This document shows, piece by piece, positions 35,860 through 40,577 of a DNA stretch of 40,577 nucleotides. Under the pieces are notes generated by a model that did not search any database, was not told where the DNA came from, and saw only the letters and a list, made by a program, of their open reading frames with translations. The stretch's first letter is position 1, and the number at the start of each line of letters is the position of its first letter. A program made the position numbers and the translations under genes. Source of the DNA: Microthyrium microscopicum (lineage: Eukaryota); NCBI GenBank assembly GCA_010405405.1, contig MU004240.1:1332882-1373458 (forward strand). The letters are read 5' to 3'.

Positions 35860-37760
35860 TATATCTTATAATAGTATAAGGTTATAAAATATCTAAGGAG
35901 AGTAAAAATAATTATATTTAAATTAGTTATAGGTAATAAAGAAGATATATTTTGCTTTAACTTTAGTAGCTAATATATAAAGATAATTGCGTACTATATA
36001 AACTATTATTAAGTAGAGGTCTAGATTATTATTTTCTTTCTATATAAAAAGAAGATTATTATTTTTTATAGATACTATTATTATATTAATAAATTATAAA
36101 TAATATAATAATAAAGATATACTACTTTTAAAGTATTATATAAACTTATTAAATAAAAATAAGCTAGTTAGGCTATTATCTACTATAACGTTATTATTAT
36201 TTATAATTAGTTCTATATTATTAGATTAAGTATTTAAATTACTATACTTCTTAAACTAAACTTTATAAAGGTCTTTAATTATTACGTTATACTAAAATAA
36301 ACTATTTAAACTAAGGTAGTCCTTCTACTAAGGATTAGTAAAAATAGACTTAGCTATATAAAAAGATAATAACTAACTAAAAGTATAAATACGCTATAAT
36401 TAAATATTAGTTTATATTAGGTTAAAATATACTTATAGTTTTTCTTAAGCCTCTTTTAGATTAGACTAAAGTTTACTCTACTAATATAGTTAAGTACTTA
36501 CTAATATATATTTACTTAGAATAGCCTCCTTATTATTAATATATTAAAAGAGCTTTTAGAAGTATAAAAGGACCTTATAGATAGATAGAGTCTTAGATCT
36601 ACTAAGAATCTAAGTTATAGCGTTAAATAAAGTAGTAAGCTAAACTAGATACTTAATATTAGCTTATTCTATATTAGATAATATAAGAATCCTTACTTAT
36701 TACTAATCCTTTTTTTTTCTAGCTTTATAAGCTTTAGTAATAAGGAAGTATATAAAAAACATCTTAATAATTTAAAGGTAAAGTCTTATTATTATTATTA
36801 AGTCTTAATGTATTTTAATATCTTAGATTAGCTAAAGGTTACTATAAGGATTAAGATTATTCTAGTATTTATTAATAGGGTATAAATTAAATATTTAAGA
36901 TTTATTAGAATAAAAACTAGCTAAATAAGTAAGGAACCTAAGAAGATATAGTTTAGAGGAGCTAATATACTTAATAATACTATAAGCCTAAATTATATTA
37001 GCTATTTTAATTAATACTTTTTTAACTTATTAAAAATAAGAACTAACTTACCTTATATAAAATAAGAGTAACTAAGCTATATTTTATAGTAAGTTTCCTT
37101 TCCTTTAAAATATCTTCTTTAATAAATACTTATTTAATTTCTTTATCTATAGACTTATAGCTAAAATAGGAAAGTAAAGTGCCTTATACTAGTTAAATAA
37201 TATAAAATATATAAGGAACTTAAATAATACTTATAGTATGCTTAAAGTATTAATATATATTTAATATAGGTACTATTATCTTATTATTACTAGTATTATT
37301 AACTATAATAAAGTAAACTTTCTTAGTAATGCTATATTAATTAAATATATTACTTATAAGTTTAGTATAAGCTTTATTTATAAACTTTCTAATAGTAGAA
37401 GAAAAGCTAAGAAGCTTTTTTTTCTATTTTTACTATAGAGTAATCTATTATCTAATAATAATTAAGTACTCTTTATAAGTAAAATTTAAAGACTACCTAT
37501 TTAGCTAAACGCTAATATATATATTATTGCCTAGCTAAATAAACTCCTTTCTTAACTTTATAAAATTAATTATAACTTATTTTATAACTTCTAAAGTAAT
37601 AGTTTTTTATAAAGTAAATTAAGGTTAAATACCTAATAGTATATAGTAATTAATAACTTACTATATAAATTATAATTTAAATATACTAAGAAGAAGACCC
37701 TTAACTATAATTAAATACGCCTATAAAGTAAAAAAATCTTATAGCATAATCTTATACTTA
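35860..37760 (-). pseudogene. RIP-inactivated hAT-family transposase relic (limits approximate)
   Basis: Minus-strand translations revert to hAT motifs in the correct order using only C>T/G>A reversions. ISV*LNR*S (37516-37490) gives ISVQLDGWS. IIVNNTSNN (37309-37283) gives ITADNASNN. T(*)5DFTF (~36800) gives TRWDSTF. *KENNNLDLYLIIVYIVRNYLYILATKVKAKYIFF (36042-35938) gives WKEN....YPxMAxMARDYLCIPATEVEAERIFS, the C-terminal dimerisation domain. Confidence 0.8.
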
Positions 37761-40324
37761 TTAAAGCTATAAATAGCCTTAAGCTTTATATTATATATTT
37801 ATAAATATTATAATTAATAATAGTATAGTGTAGTAAGAATTAAATATACTAGAGTTATAATTAATTTTATTTAATTAAGTATAATTTAATTTTTATTACC
37901 TTTAGCTATAGTAATATTATTATAATCTTAGGAAGTAATATACTTATTAAGTAATTCTTATCTAATAAGAAAGGTACTAGTATTATCTTTATAAAGATAG
38001 TAGTATTTAAGGAACTTATAATAATAAATATAATAATAATAAGGCTAGCTAGTAAACTTAAAGGCGCTTACTTATATACTATCCTAAATAGGGCTTTTTT
38101 TTCTACTATGCTAATAAAAATCTATTTATATAAGAATTAGCCTTTCTTAGTTAGTAGTAAACTAGGATATAATTTGCTACTAAGTCTAAAAATAATTATT
38201 AGTATCTTTACTTTATAAATACGCCTTCTTTTCTTAATTATTAGATTCCTTTAATGCTTTAAGTATTATACTAGAAATAAGAGGAGTAAATACTAATAGA
38301 CTAAAAGGTAATATGCTAATAGAAAAGTTTAGAATAGTACTATTAGTAATAATACCTCTATTTTAGATAGTAGGTTATAATAATAAGAAAAAAGTTATTA
38401 AGCTAGCTTTAAATATAAAGGAATTAGAAATAAAAGTAAAGGAAGATATAATTTAGAGTAGTGTTAACTTTATTAAAAAAACCTAGGGTTCTAAAGAAAT
38501 AAAATTAGTAAGTTAAAAAAGTATTAATTAGAAATCTAGTACTATTTATATTATCTTATAATACTATTTATAGAAACTTCTATTTATTCTTCCTTCCTTT
38601 TTAATATTAATTAATTATGCTCTATATTTTAATTATTTACTTCTTAATTATGCTAATTTAACTAATCTAGTAATTTAAGAAGTAACTAATATAACGTATT
38701 TCTCTTTCTAACTTCTTATATTACTATACTATTAAACTTTTTCTTAATCTATTATATTTTTTAGCTCTTCTTAAAATTACTTAGCCTAGTCTCTTTTCTT
38801 TAAAAGTAATTCTATAAACTAGAGATCTATAAAGTTATTTCTTTATATAATCTATACTTAATCTAGTTATTACTAATAGTTAGCTATCTTATCTTTCTTA
38901 ATTAGTATATTTACTAAAAAGTAATACTAGTTCTACTTAGGTAGTTATAATACGCTATATAAGATATACTAAATCTAAAAATTATTTCTATAATTAACTT
39001 TATTATACTACTTAATATAATATTTAAACCTTAAAGTAAGAATATCTTAATAGCCTATTAATCTCTATACTTAATTTAAAAAAATAATATACTAATTAAC
39101 TTTTATTATATTTTTCTTATTATAGTAATAAAAAATATTATCTAAATTAACTTACTTATATCTTTATATTTAAATAATAATTAAATAGTAGAGAATATTT
39201 TAGTCTAAAAATAATTATAAGGCTAAGAATAAGTAACTAGAGTACTTCTTACCTTAATTATCTTTAGTTATAAAGGTTATACTACTAGAAAAAATTACGA
39301 CTATTATTAATAGCTATTTAAGAAGTATTACTACTAAAGCACTTACTAAAAAATAATAATTAGCTACTTATAAATTATATAGCGCTTTTATATAGAAAGT
39401 TTTAGAACTATAGTCTTAAAGAGTAAATAAGTATAAATATTAATAGTAGGAAGCATAAGTAGCATTATTATTATTATAGTAATTTAAGTTTATATTATTT
39501 ATACTAACTAGAAATATTTATAATAAATTTTTTAAAGTTTATTATATAAGAGTACGTAATTATAATAGTAAGAGTTTACTTAGCATAGTAAGATAACTTC
39601 TACTATAATTTATTTCTAAGATTTACTACTTAGAAGAGTAGTAAAATAAATATAAATACTACTAAAAATTTAGTAAGAAAAAGAAGATAAAAAAATAATA
39701 ATAAGTAAAATCTAAAGCAAAAAGTAGAGTTAGTATTATAACTTAAATAAACTTATAAAGATTAGAAGGTTATATAGACTTAAAGAGTTTAAAGTTATAG
39801 TTTTAAAATATAGCTATATTTAATAATAGTATATAAATAATCTATTATAAGAAGTTAGAAGTAATAAAACTTATTAAAACTAGCGTTTTATAATTAAGGC
39901 GTACTAAACTTTATACTAATATTAAGCTATTATTAAGGCTAAATTTTAAGAAGTTATAAAAATATTAATTAAAATTTAAAAAGTCTATTATAGCTTTTAT
40001 TTTTTAAAACGTTTATTTATTATAATATCCTTCTCTTATTAGTTTAAATTAAGTTTTACTAAGTTAAAGGCTAATATTCTAAATATTCTTATTTACTATA
40101 GGCTATAAATTATTCTATAGCTTACTCTATTAAGTTATTTACTCCTTTTAATTAATTACTATATAATTTACGCCTTATTAACCTTTATTATATTACTTTA
40201 GCTTACTTTATTATTTTAACGTAACTATATTTTTCTTAACTTTATTTATTTACTCCTTAAAATTTTTTTTTTAATTTTAAATCTTTTATAATTTTTATGC
40301 CTATCTTTATTATCTTCTTTTTAT

Positions 40325-40577
40325 CTACTTATAACCTTATTCTCCTCTTCTAACCTACTTATAATCTTATACTTCTTTTTATATATTACGCTCTTTTTTA
40401 TTACTCTTTTTTAATCTACTTATAACTTTATACTCTTCTTTATATACTATATTCTTCTTTATTACTCTCTTCTAACCTACTTATAACCTTATACTCTTTT
40501 TTATCTATTATGCTCTTTTTTATCCTTTTCTTTTAATCTACTTATAACCTTATACTCCTCTTTATATATTATACTCT
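40325..40577. repeat. Degenerate 61-bp tandem repeat array (about 3.6 copies visible plus a preceding 30-bp part-unit; truncated by the window end)
   Basis: The anchor CTACTTATAA(C/T)(C/T)TTAT recurs at 40325, 40355, 40416, 40477 and 40538, with spacings of 30, 61, 61 and 61. The plus strand is pyrimidine-rich. Confidence 0.85.

Larger units (their letters stand above)
34819..40577. mobile_element. AT-rich block of RIP-degenerated transposable element sequence (continues past the window end)
   Basis: Abrupt switch to very low GC, near absence of CpA/TpG, excess TpA, and no ORF of 60 aa or more over 5.7 kb. This is the signature of repeat-induced point mutation. Confidence 0.9.

Noticed and set aside
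38611..38660. AATTATGC and ATGCTCTA as the second hAT terminus and TSD
   Set aside because: The order and spacing do not match TIR followed by TSD, there are no subterminal repeats, and such words are frequent in AT-rich DNA.
40325..40577. Regularly spaced repeats as a CRISPR array
   Set aside because: The context is eukaryotic and the sequence between anchors is itself repeated rather than unique spacers.

Overview
Eukaryotic DNA from a filamentous ascomycete, judged by short GT-AG introns with CTRAY branch points, a Zn2Cys6 gene and RIP-like mutation. From left to right the window holds: the 3' end of an alpha/beta-hydrolase gene; a ~9.9 kb stretch with no recognisable gene; a TALE-class homeobox transcription factor; a TGL1/YEH-like lipase; mitochondrial cytochrome c peroxidase; an apparently frameshifted heptad-repeat coiled-coil gene; a Upc2/Ecm22-like Zn2Cys6 regulator divergent from a short-chain dehydrogenase; the septation kinase SepH/Cdc15/Cdc7; a neutral ceramidase with a GC-AG intron and two micro-exons; and an intronless vanadium chloroperoxidase. 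About 100 bp after the chloroperoxidase stop an extremely AT-rich block begins and runs to the window end. Manual reversal of RIP changes identifies part of this block as a minus-strand hAT transposase relic, and the block ends in a 61-bp tandem array. Gene models were built by hand from splice signals and frame continuity. Family calls come from recalled motifs, not database searches. I found no clearly new multi-gene system. The most interesting items are the haloperoxidase abutting the RIP-inactivated hAT element, SRE-like motifs upstream of the Upc2-like factor, the frameshifted coiled-coil orphan and the gene desert upstream of the homeobox gene.
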